Of a stretch of DNA of 32,000 bases, positions 19,007-26,051 are shown piece by piece. A model generated the notes under the pieces. That model was not told the DNA's origin and made no database searches. It was given only the letters and a program-made list of their open reading frames with translations. The stretch comes from Parasynechococcus marenigrum WH 8102 (GTDB taxonomy: Bacteria; Cyanobacteriota; Cyanobacteriia; PCC-6307; Cyanobiaceae). Every line of letters starts with the position of its first letter. Within the stretch, counting starts at the first letter, position 1. A program made the position numbers and the translations under genes. The DNA lies in assembly GCF_000195975.1 (NCBI RefSeq), contig NC_005070.1, positions 90,001 to 122,000 on the forward strand, read 5' to 3'.

Positions 19007-20786
19007 AACGCGCTTTGGCCTGGTTCACTGGCTGTCTGCTCGTCTTGCAGTGTTCAGGGCTGGATCTGGCTTGGTTGCTCAGTTGGCCAACGCTTGGCCT
19101 GGTGCTGGTCTCAAGCCTGAAGCTGTTGGAAGCTCGCCAACCAGCCGATCACCGCCTGGTGGCCCTGCTTCAACTTCTGGCTGTGGGATTGCTGGCGGCT
19201 CAGATGCCGGGGCTGCTGGCCAGTCTTCTTCAACTGTTCACCGCTCTGTTCGCTCTGGCGGCTCTGCTGGCCCAGGAGCTGGGGGGGGCCTTGCGATGGA
19301 GACGGTTGCTGCTGCGCAGCGGCCAATTGATCGCGGCAGCCCTGCCATTGGCAGCGGTGTTGTTTCTGTTTCTGCCCCGCATCGGTCCGTTATGGATCAC
19401 CGACGTCGGTTCGGGTCAAGTGGCGACCACTGGGCTGTCGCCCGAACTCGATCCCTTGGGTATCGCCGAGCTGGTGCGCCGTGACGCTCCGGCTGCCCGG
19501 GTCAGGTTCTCGGGCGCTTTACCGGTGGAGCCTTACTGGAGGGTTCTGGTGCACGACCGTTTTGATGGCCGCCGATGGTTGCGCTCGGCGGTGGCGCGAA
19601 GCCGGCCACCATTCACGCCAGCCGTGGTGAGCGCCACCACCCAATGGTGGAGCCTCGAGCCTGCCCGCAGCCGATCGGTCCCCTGGGATGGGGCTTCGCT
19701 GCCAGCGTCTGCGGATCTACAGATCCAGCCCGATGGTGAGTTGATGCTCTGGCAGCCCCTATCCCAGCCTCGCACCGTGCGACTGCAGCTGAGCTCTGAA
19801 CCGCTTCCCTGGCAGCAACAGCCGCCGACGGCCAGGGACCTGCAGTTCCCTCCCCGTGGCCAGCTGTCTCGGTTGGAAGCCCTTGCCGCGCAGTGGGCTG
19901 CCCTCCCCCGCGACGTCGACCGTTTGGCGGCCGCAGAGGCCTGGTTCCGTTCCCAACCCTTTCGCTACAGCTTGGCTCCAGGTGATCTCCGGGAGGCTGG
20001 CCTTGATGGATTTCTGTTCGATCAGCAGGTGGGCTTCTGCGGCCATTACGCCAGTGAGTTCACGGCGTTGATGCGTGCCGCCGGCGTTCCGGCTCGGGTG
20101 GTCAGTGGGTACCAGGGCGGCTTGTCGGTGCAACCGCTTGGTGGCAGCCCTTATCTCGAGATTCGGCAGAGCGATGCCCACGCCTGGAGCGAGATCTGGT
20201 TGGCGGGGGAAGGGTGGAGGCAGGTGGATCCCACTACCTGAGTTGGAGGTGGTTCAGTCGCATCTCGGGAGGCTGTGCTGGGTCGAAATCTCGGCGGGCC
20301 TCGGCGGGGGTGGTGGCGTTGGCTGCAGTGGCAGTGGTGGGGCCTTGATCTGGCCTGGAACCGCTGGTGGCTGAGTTTTGATCAGACCGCCCAGACGGCC
20401 TGGCTGAACCAGCTGCTTGGCTCCAACCCGAACTGGATCGGCTGGCTGGTCTTGGCCGGTGGGGCCTTGGCGTTTGCACTGGGTTTGCGAGTCACGCGTT
20501 GGCGGGCCGTTGCCACTCCGATTCAGCGGACCTTGCGATTGCTCGAGACATTGGACGTCACCCCGCAGCCTGGGGAATCCTTCGCGGCCCTCTGCCATCG
20601 CGCCGCTGCATCCACTCCGAGCTGTCCGTGCCGTTGCTGGCCGTGGCCGAAGCTCACCAGCAGCTTGCCCATGCACCTCTCTCCCGCCGTGAGCGTCAGC
20701 TGCAGCAACGGCTTTGGCAGCAGGCACTGAGGCACCTGGCCCGCAGCGTCAGTGATTTCTGGTCTGTCCGAGCAGCCAGGCGCTGA
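19003..20786 (+). pseudogene. Transglutaminase-like membrane protein (TgpA-like) with an in-frame TGA and a -1 frameshift
   Basis: Transglutaminase core GFCGHYASEFTALMRAAGVPARVVSGYQGG...DAHAWSEIWLAGEGWRQVDPT. TGA at 20239-20241 is followed in the same frame by ORF 20275-20730 (W-rich linker and TM segment). The C-terminal helices ELSVPLLAVAEAHQQLAHAPLSRRERQ continue only in ORF 20499-20786, after a 1-nt shift near 20598-20615. Confidence 0.7.
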
Positions 20787-20802
20787 AGGCCAGCATCAAA
20801 AC

Positions 20803-21282
20803 TCAGGCGCAGAACATCAGCAGCTCCGTTCTCGTGGTGACCTTGAACCCCACCATGTATTTGAAAGCGGTCACGATCAAGGCCACCACGATCACCTTGG
20901 TGAGCTTCTGTTTGAGGCCGTCCAGCGATTCGATGTTCAGCAGGTTGCGCCGAACGTCGGACGCCTCTTGCTGGCGTGGATCAATGTCTGAGATCACCAG
21001 CTCGTAAATCCCGTATCCGAAAATCAACAGAGCGATGCCAATCAGGTAGTAATCGATTCCGCCGACCACCTTGCCAATTAACAGGGTGCTGTTGGTGTGG
21101 GTGAAGTGGCCTTGAAAGACCCTGCTGAGCACGCTGACTTCGGCGTAGGTTCCGATCACAAAACAACTCACACTCCCGAACAGGCTCATCACCACCGGCA
21201 CCAGGGTGATCAGGCGGAATTTCCAGATCATCGATTCAAAGCGTCGCTCCAGGACAGTGGTTCGAGGCTTTGGCCGGCTCAT
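20803..21282 (-). CDS. YqhA/UPF0114 family membrane protein
   Basis: LERRFESMIWKFRLITLVPVVMSLFGS, then further TM helices and IESLDGLKQKLTKVIVVALIV, typical of UPF0114. Confidence 0.75.
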   Translation of the reverse strand: MSRPKPRTTVLERRFESMIWKFRLITLVPVVMSLFGSVSCFVIGTYAEVSVLSRVFQGHFTHTNSTLLIGKVVGGIDYYLIGIALLIFGYGIYELVISDIDPRQQEASDVRRNLLNIESLDGLKQKLTKVIVVALIVTAFKYMVGFKVTTRTELLMFCA

Positions 21283-21328
21283 GGCAGATCGATCGTTGGT
21301 TCCGTCAGTTTCTGATCAAACGGTATTC

Positions 21329-21538
21329 ATGGGTGTGATTTCGAGATCAGTGCCGGCGATGGCCCAGCACCTGCTGGGCTGGTGGCAGATCAATGGACGC
21401 TGTGATTCGGCACAGAAGCCGTGGATGGTCAACCTTGCAGGCCGCTGGCCAACGGTCACCGACGAGCTTGATCTTTATGGCATCTGGATCGCCGAGGTGA
21501 TGCTTCAGCCACCTGCCGTATCGGCTGGCTCTGATTGA
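21329..21538 (+). pseudogene. mutY: Displaced 5' remnant of mutY (about 60 N-terminal codons)
   Basis: AQHLLGWWQINGRCDSAQKPWMVNLAGRWPTVTDELDLYGIWIAEVMLQ aligns without gaps to residues 30-78 of the intact MutY at 24124 (27/49 identical by hand). Homology stops right after EVMLQ, and the frame ends 10 codons later. Confidence 0.75.
21484..21509 (+). repeat. Direct-repeat core, copy 1 (end of the mutY remnant; putative recombination junction)
   Basis: ctggatcgccgaggtgatgct at 21484-21504 is identical to 24333-24353. One mismatch (t/g) follows, then cagc is shared. Confidence 0.85.
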
Positions 21539-23628
21539 CGCAGCGGTTGTGCTGGGTTGACATCGACTCCCTGATTGCTGCCGGCAGGTGTTGTGCCAGG
21601 AAGAATTTCGAAGTCTGGTGTGAACTGCACAAGCATGGAGCGCAAGTTGTCTGCCACAGCCCGGCTGCCATCAAGCTGCATGACCCCTTCCTTAACCAGC
21701 TGATCAAAATCGGCGCTGCCGGTCATCAGGCGCTCAAGTTGCTCGCGTTTGATCGTGATCGTTAAATCGGGATTCTGCCCTACGTAACCCTGGATGCTTG
21801 TGAGGGCGTCGTTGCTCAGCTCGATTGCAAACCGTTCCTCGTTGTCTGGGGTGATCAAATTGATGCGGAAGGCCTTTCCCGCGGTTTGACCCGGATCCAG
21901 GCGGATCCCTAGGAAATCAAGCCATAGCTGGGTGGACATGGCTTTGATCATGTCTGGGCCTGATGTTTTGGGAATGGCACCAGAGGGGATGCCAGAGCGA
22001 AGCTCCAACGCGGCAGCTAGAAAGCTGTTATGCACGCTTGGACTTTCTTTTTGGTACCCGATCTGTTCGAAGGCATCAGCGAGCAGATCCTTGGCTGTGG
22101 TGTTAATAGGCTGGGCGTAGATCAGCTTGTTGAGAATTTCTGTCGCGAGAAGGTACTGTCCGGCCTTGATGAGTGCCTTTGCTTTGGTGAGGATTGGTGT
22201 TGCACCTCCCATCATTTCCACGTAGAGCGGGGCTGAATCAGACGGCGAAAGCGGTGTCAGTGTTGTGGGGTTGGCGTCCCAATACCCCAAATAGCGGTTG
22301 ATCACAGCACGGCTGTTGTGCTCTTCAGACCCGTGATAGCTGTGAGCTGCCCACTGCTGTTTCAGGCTCTCTGGGAGGGTATAAACATTGTGAATCTCAT
22401 TAATCATCACGCCTTTATTGGCGTGATGAAGCACATTGTTGTTGAGATGGGCATAGGCATCTCGCTGCACCCGCATCACTTCCTGAATGCGCACATTGCC
22501 CCAGCGTGGCCAGCTGTGTGAGGCGAACATCACATCGGCTTTGGTCCCATATCGAAAGAGAGCCTCATTAATCTTCTTGCTCCACTCCAGGGGGTCGCGG
22601 ATCAAGGCACCACGCAGTGTATAAATGTTGTGAATGGTGCCGGTAATATTTTCTGCAGCCCAGAATGTTTTGAACTGAGGGAACCAGGTGTTCATCTCCG
22701 CTGGGGCTTCAGTGCCAGGAGTGTTCTGAAACTCCATCTCGATGCCATCAACGGTTAGCCGCTCGATCGGCTTGCTGATGATGCGAGAAGGTGGAATTAG
22801 GCCCGTCGTTCCAGCAGCGGTGTTCTCGTCAATGGATTGATCAACATGTCCGAATGGGCTGCGAGACAATAAAACACCATATTGGTAAAAGAGGCGACGG
22901 TTCATCGCGTTGCCTGCATAGACATTCTCACTAACGGCATGGTCCATGAAGCCCACAGGAGCAATCACCGGAACTTTTCCACTGAGTACATCTTTTTCAT
23001 CGACAACTCCCCGAATTCCGCCGAAGTGATCTGCGTGGGAATGGGAAATTACAACAGCAGTGACAGGCCGTTCGCCTAGCTGATCATTGATGAGGTCGAG
23101 GGCTGCGCGAGCAGTTTCTTTGGCCGTGAGTGGGTCGAAGACGATCCAGCCTCGATCCCCCTTAATGAAAGAGATATTGGCTAGGTCGTAACCACGCACT
23201 TGATAGATGCGATCTGGAACGACCTCATACAATCCATAGGCCATGTTGAGTACTGCTTGCCGTTGAAGGGAGGGGTGAATGCTCTCAAAATCCTTTCCGT
23301 TGAGCAGCCATTCGTAGCTCTCCATATCCCAGACAACCGTTCCATCGTCTTTAAGGATTTGCTTGTAGGGGGGTGCTGCAATAAATCCCTTTTTTGCTTC
23401 ATCGAAATCGCGGGTGTCATCGAAAGGAAGAGCGCCTTTGTTCTTTAGCCAGAGTTCGACGGTAGCCGCACTGGCCCCCTTGCCCTTCGGATGAAAATGC
23501 TTTCCGTGGGCGGCGCCTGGATCGGAAAGAATTGCTCCTCCGCCAGCTGCCAGCGCCGTGGCGGGAAGACTGAGGAGCGGGATAAGTGCACTCGCTCCAG
23601 CAATCAGTAACTTGGTTGTTATGGCCAT
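21505..23628 (-). CDS. Secreted alkyl/aryl sulfatase, metallo-beta-lactamase fold (SdsA1/BDS1/YjcS type)
   Basis: Signal peptide MAITTKLLIAGASALIPLLSLPATALAAG. LPFDDTRDFDEAKKGFIAAP, the MBL motif VVISHSHADHFGG, and a long dimerisation plus SCP2-like C-terminal region. Lower GC (28/60 in line 22861-22920). Confidence 0.9.
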   Translation of the reverse strand: MAITTKLLIAGASALIPLLSLPATALAAGGGAILSDPGAAHGKHFHPKGKGASAATVELWLKNKGALPFDDTRDFDEAKKGFIAAPPYKQILKDDGTVVWDMESYEWLLNGKDFESIHPSLQRQAVLNMAYGLYEVVPDRIYQVRGYDLANISFIKGDRGWIVFDPLTAKETARAALDLINDQLGERPVTAVVISHSHADHFGGIRGVVDEKDVLSGKVPVIAPVGFMDHAVSENVYAGNAMNRRLFYQYGVLLSRSPFGHVDQSIDENTAAGTTGLIPPSRIISKPIERLTVDGIEMEFQNTPGTEAPAEMNTWFPQFKTFWAAENITGTIHNIYTLRGALIRDPLEWSKKINEALFRYGTKADVMFASHSWPRWGNVRIQEVMRVQRDAYAHLNNNVLHHANKGVMINEIHNVYTLPESLKQQWAAHSYHGSEEHNSRAVINRYLGYWDANPTTLTPLSPSDSAPLYVEMMGGATPILTKAKALIKAGQYLLATEILNKLIYAQPINTTAKDLLADAFEQIGYQKESPSVHNSFLAAALELRSGIPSGAIPKTSGPDMIKAMSTQLWLDFLGIRLDPGQTAGKAFRINLITPDNEERFAIELSNDALTSIQGYVGQNPDLTITIKREQLERLMTGSADFDQLVKEGVMQLDGSRAVADNLRSMLVQFTPDFEILPGTTPAGSNQGVDVNPAQPLRQSEPADTAGG

Positions 23629-23665
23629 GATTGCGTGCAGCTTTAAATCGTGTTTAGTGCTTCTC

Positions 23666-23674
23666 GGGGGGGGG
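23666..23674. repeat. G9 (C9 on the minus strand) homopolymer, 38-46 nt upstream of the sulfatase start codon
   Basis: Read directly: ttctcgggggggggagggcg. I did not notice a longer homopolymer in the window, but this was not an exhaustive scan. Confidence 0.9.
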
Positions 23675-23854
23675 AGGGCGTCAACGTCTTCTGCTGCAAT
23701 GTCATGGTTAAAGGGTGAGTGAAATGAATGCGTTGCAGGCGATCGCAGGGTTCAATCTCTAGAGCTCGGTCACTTCCCCATTTCACAGGTCACTTTTGTA
23801 GTTGACTCCGCAAAAGGCCTGATGCATTTGGCTTACGAGTTCAGGATTTACGAT

Positions 23855-24055
23855 ATGACTGAATTTTTGGAAGGCCTGCGTGCTCGGCTCGGCCCTCCTC
23901 TGAGCACAAGTTTTGACGACGACACCTGCAACGACCAGGACTGGGTTTGGAACACCGGTGACGATCTGATCACCGCTGGGAAGCAGGACTTTTCCGGGAA
24001 GCAGGCTTTCCTGATTTCCCACCGTCCCAGCGGTTTGCGACCCGAAACACTCTGA
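23855..24055 (+). CDS. Small hypothetical protein (66 aa) inside the sulfatase islet
   Basis: MTEFLEGLRARLGPPLSTSFDDDTCNDQDWVWNTGDDLITAGKQDFSGKQAFLISHRPSGLRPETL. It shows a third-position G/C bias. No family recognised. The ORF track also shows overlapping ORFs on the other strand. Confidence 0.3.
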   Translation: MTEFLEGLRARLGPPLSTSFDDDTCNDQDWVWNTGDDLITAGKQDFSGKQAFLISHRPSGLRPETL

Positions 24056-24123
24056 AGCGACAGCTCAATCCGAGAGAGGCGAGGCATGGATCCCGTCACC
24101 CATGTCCTCTAACAAGATGATCC

Positions 24124-25296
24124 ATGTCAATCAGAGCGGGGTTGTGCTGCTTGATGGGTCAACGAAGCGGCGCCGAACATCGTGACCTCAGCGCCCTAGC
24201 GCCTGAGCTCAGTCAATCCCTGTTGGCCTGGTGGGAAATTCATGGTCGGAAGGACCCTGCGCTCAAGCCGTGGATGTTCACCAAGGACGGCAGGTGGCCC
24301 GAACCCCATGAACATCTCAATGTCCTGGAGTGCTGGATCGCCGAGGTGATGCTGCAGCAGACCCAGCTGAAGGTGGTTTTGCCCTATTGGCAGGGTTGGA
24401 TGAAGGTGTTTCCCACCGTTGATGCGTTGGCCGCGGCGTCGCTTGAGCAGGTGCGGTTGCAATGGCAGGGCCTTGGCTATTACTCCCGAGCCCGCCGTCT
24501 GCACGCTGCAGCGCAGCGTTTAGCCCAGGGACCATGGCCCCGGGATCTGGACAGTTGGATGGGTCTGCCGGGCATTGGCCGCACCACCGCAGGCAGCATT
24601 TTGTCCAGTGGCTTCAACGCACCTTTGGCAATCCTCGACGGCAACGTCAAGCGTGTGTTGGCGCGTTTGCATGCGCACCCTCGCCCTCCCGCCCGTGAGC
24701 AGGTCTTGTTCTGGCAGTGGAGTGAAGTCTTGCTGGATCCGGCGCGACCCCGGGATTTCAACCAGGCCCTGATGGATCTCGGGGCCACGGTCTGTACCCC
24801 CCGCAACCCCGACTGTGGGAGATGTCCGTGGCAGTTCTGTTGTGCTGCCTACGCTGCCGGCGATCCGACCCGCTGGCCGATGACCGATGCCCCGAAACCC
24901 CTCCCCTTTCAGGTGATCGGTGTCGGGGTGGTGTTGAACGCTGAAGGTCACGTCTTGATTGATCAGCGCCTTGATGAGGGGCTTCTCGGTGGCCTGTGGG
25001 AGTTCCCTGGCGGTAAGCAGGAGCCTGGTGAATCGATCGAGGCCTGCATCGAGCGGGAGCTCAAGGAGGAGTTGGGCATTGTGATCAGCGTCGGCGAGGA
25101 GCTCATCACGCTGGACCACGCCTACAGCCACAAGAAACTACGGTTTGTGGTGTATCTGTGTGCCTGGGTCTCCGGTGATCCTCAGCCTTTGGCCAGCCAA
25201 CAAGTTCGCTGGGTGAGTCCAGATCAACTCGACACTTTTGCGTTTCCTGCTGCTAACGCCAAAATGATTGAGGCGTTGCGGAGGTCAATCAACTGA
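24124..25296 (+). CDS. mutY: A/G-specific adenine DNA glycosylase MutY with a C-terminal domain bearing a canonical Nudix box
   Basis: WIAEVMLQQTQ (catalytic Glu), HhH LPGIGRTTAGSIL, LDGNVKRV (catalytic Asp), and a 4Fe-4S loop C-x6-C-x2-C-x5-C (CTPRNPDCGRCPWQFCC). The Nudix box is GKQEPGESIEACIERELKEELGI. ATG 24154 is an alternative start. Confidence 0.9.
   Translation: MSIRAGLCCLMGQRSGAEHRDLSALAPELSQSLLAWWEIHGRKDPALKPWMFTKDGRWPEPHEHLNVLECWIAEVMLQQTQLKVVLPYWQGWMKVFPTVDALAAASLEQVRLQWQGLGYYSRARRLHAAAQRLAQGPWPRDLDSWMGLPGIGRTTAGSILSSGFNAPLAILDGNVKRVLARLHAHPRPPAREQVLFWQWSEVLLDPARPRDFNQALMDLGATVCTPRNPDCGRCPWQFCCAAYAAGDPTRWPMTDAPKPLPFQVIGVGVVLNAEGHVLIDQRLDEGLLGGLWEFPGGKQEPGESIEACIERELKEELGIVISVGEELITLDHAYSHKKLRFVVYLCAWVSGDPQPLASQQVRWVSPDQLDTFAFPAANAKMIEALRRSIN
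24333..24358 (+). repeat. Direct-repeat core, copy 2 (inside intact mutY, codons WIAEVMLQ)
   Basis: Same 21-nt identical run plus 4 nt as at 21484-21509. The copies are 2849 bp apart in the same orientation. Confidence 0.85.
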
Positions 25297-26045
25297 TTGG
25301 TCTTTGTTTTCTGATTAAGCAGGGGGTGGATCATCTGCCCCTGTGGGGTCATTTTCTGGCCGGAGTTTCACGAGAAGAGGTGCGTTGTTATGTCCATGCC
25401 AAAACGGCTAAGCCTGAGCAAGTTTTGGAACATACCTGGATCGACCCTGATCCATTGCCTACGGCTTGGGGCTGTTTAAGCCTTGTGTTGGCCAGTCGCA
25501 GGTTGTTTGAACAAGCCTGGGGTGATGGTTGTACTGCGATGGTGTTGCTGTCCGGAGATATGCTTCCGCTGAAATCGTTTCAAGAGATTCGACAGATCTG
25601 TCTTGAGACGCAATTGTCTCTGCAGCCCCGTACTGGCTTGAAACAGCAGCAGCAGGAAGCCAATCAGCGTCGTTTCGAAGAGATCGCGCCTTGGTTTGGC
25701 TTGCGTCAGTCTGTCTTACGTAAGCAGAATATGTTTTTTGCGGTTACAGCGGCTGACTACGCTTTGCTGCGGCAATTTGACCCGTCAACGTTTCCTCTTG
25801 ATCGATTGGCGGATGAGTATTTCTGGGTGAACTGTCTCATTCGATCAGGACTTGCTGTGCGTGATAGCCGTTTCGTGTTTTGTAATTCCGATCTGACACG
25901 CACTCAGGCTGCTTCGTTTCATTTGGATGAAACTCTGGCGACCCAATGTGGTGAGGGTGGATATTGCTTTATCCGTAAGGTGGCTTCAGTTTCCCGTTGG
26001 GCTGACGTGCGGCTGAGGAACGTGTATGCCGGGGGTTGTTAAGGC
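25297..26045. other. AT-rich islet D (GT14-like gene) between mutY and the PfkB kinase
   Basis: 45 % GC in line 25681-25740. A single accessory-type gene fills the whole gap between two backbone genes. Confidence 0.5.
25326..26042 (+). CDS. Glycosyltransferase family 14 (core-2/I-branching enzyme)-like protein, AT-rich islet gene
   Basis: CYVHAKT, TAWGCLSLVLASRRLFEQAW, MVLLSGDMLPLKSFQEI and LADEYFWVNCL match the Branch-domain pattern. GTG 25326 is the first canonical start. The family-typical first strand (LCFLIKQG) lies upstream of it, in frame. Confidence 0.6.
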   Translation: MDHLPLWGHFLAGVSREEVRCYVHAKTAKPEQVLEHTWIDPDPLPTAWGCLSLVLASRRLFEQAWGDGCTAMVLLSGDMLPLKSFQEIRQICLETQLSLQPRTGLKQQQQEANQRRFEEIAPWFGLRQSVLRKQNMFFAVTAADYALLRQFDPSTFPLDRLADEYFWVNCLIRSGLAVRDSRFVFCNSDLTRTQAASFHLDETLATQCGEGGYCFIRKVASVSRWADVRLRNVYAGGC

Positions 26046-26051
26046 GCAGTC

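Larger units (their letters stand above)
21510..24332. other. Islet C (alkyl sulfatase, small ORF, imported mutY 5' end) bounded by the mutY direct-repeat cores
   Basis: Bounded by the repeat cores at 21484-21509 and 24333-24358. 47 % GC in line 22861-22920. Confidence 0.65.

Noticed and set aside
20239-20241. The in-frame TGA in the transglutaminase-like gene read as selenocysteine or programmed read-through.
   Set aside because: The codon does not sit at a plausible redox-active position. I could not identify a SECIS-like hairpin immediately downstream. The same operon has two further frameshifts, so a nonsense mutation (from TGG) is the simpler reading.
23739-23746. The HIP1 octamer GCGATCGC (also near 3477 and 12805), considered as a highly iterated cyanobacterial palindrome.
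   Set aside because: I saw only about three copies in 32 kb by eye. That is too few to call enrichment without a genome-wide count.
23748-23760. A tRNA-like T-loop string (gggttcaatctct) that might mark a tRNA-derived att site for the sulfatase islet.
   Set aside because: The flanking bases do not form a T-stem or an acceptor stem, and there is no CCA-proximal structure. The mutY repeat already explains the junction.
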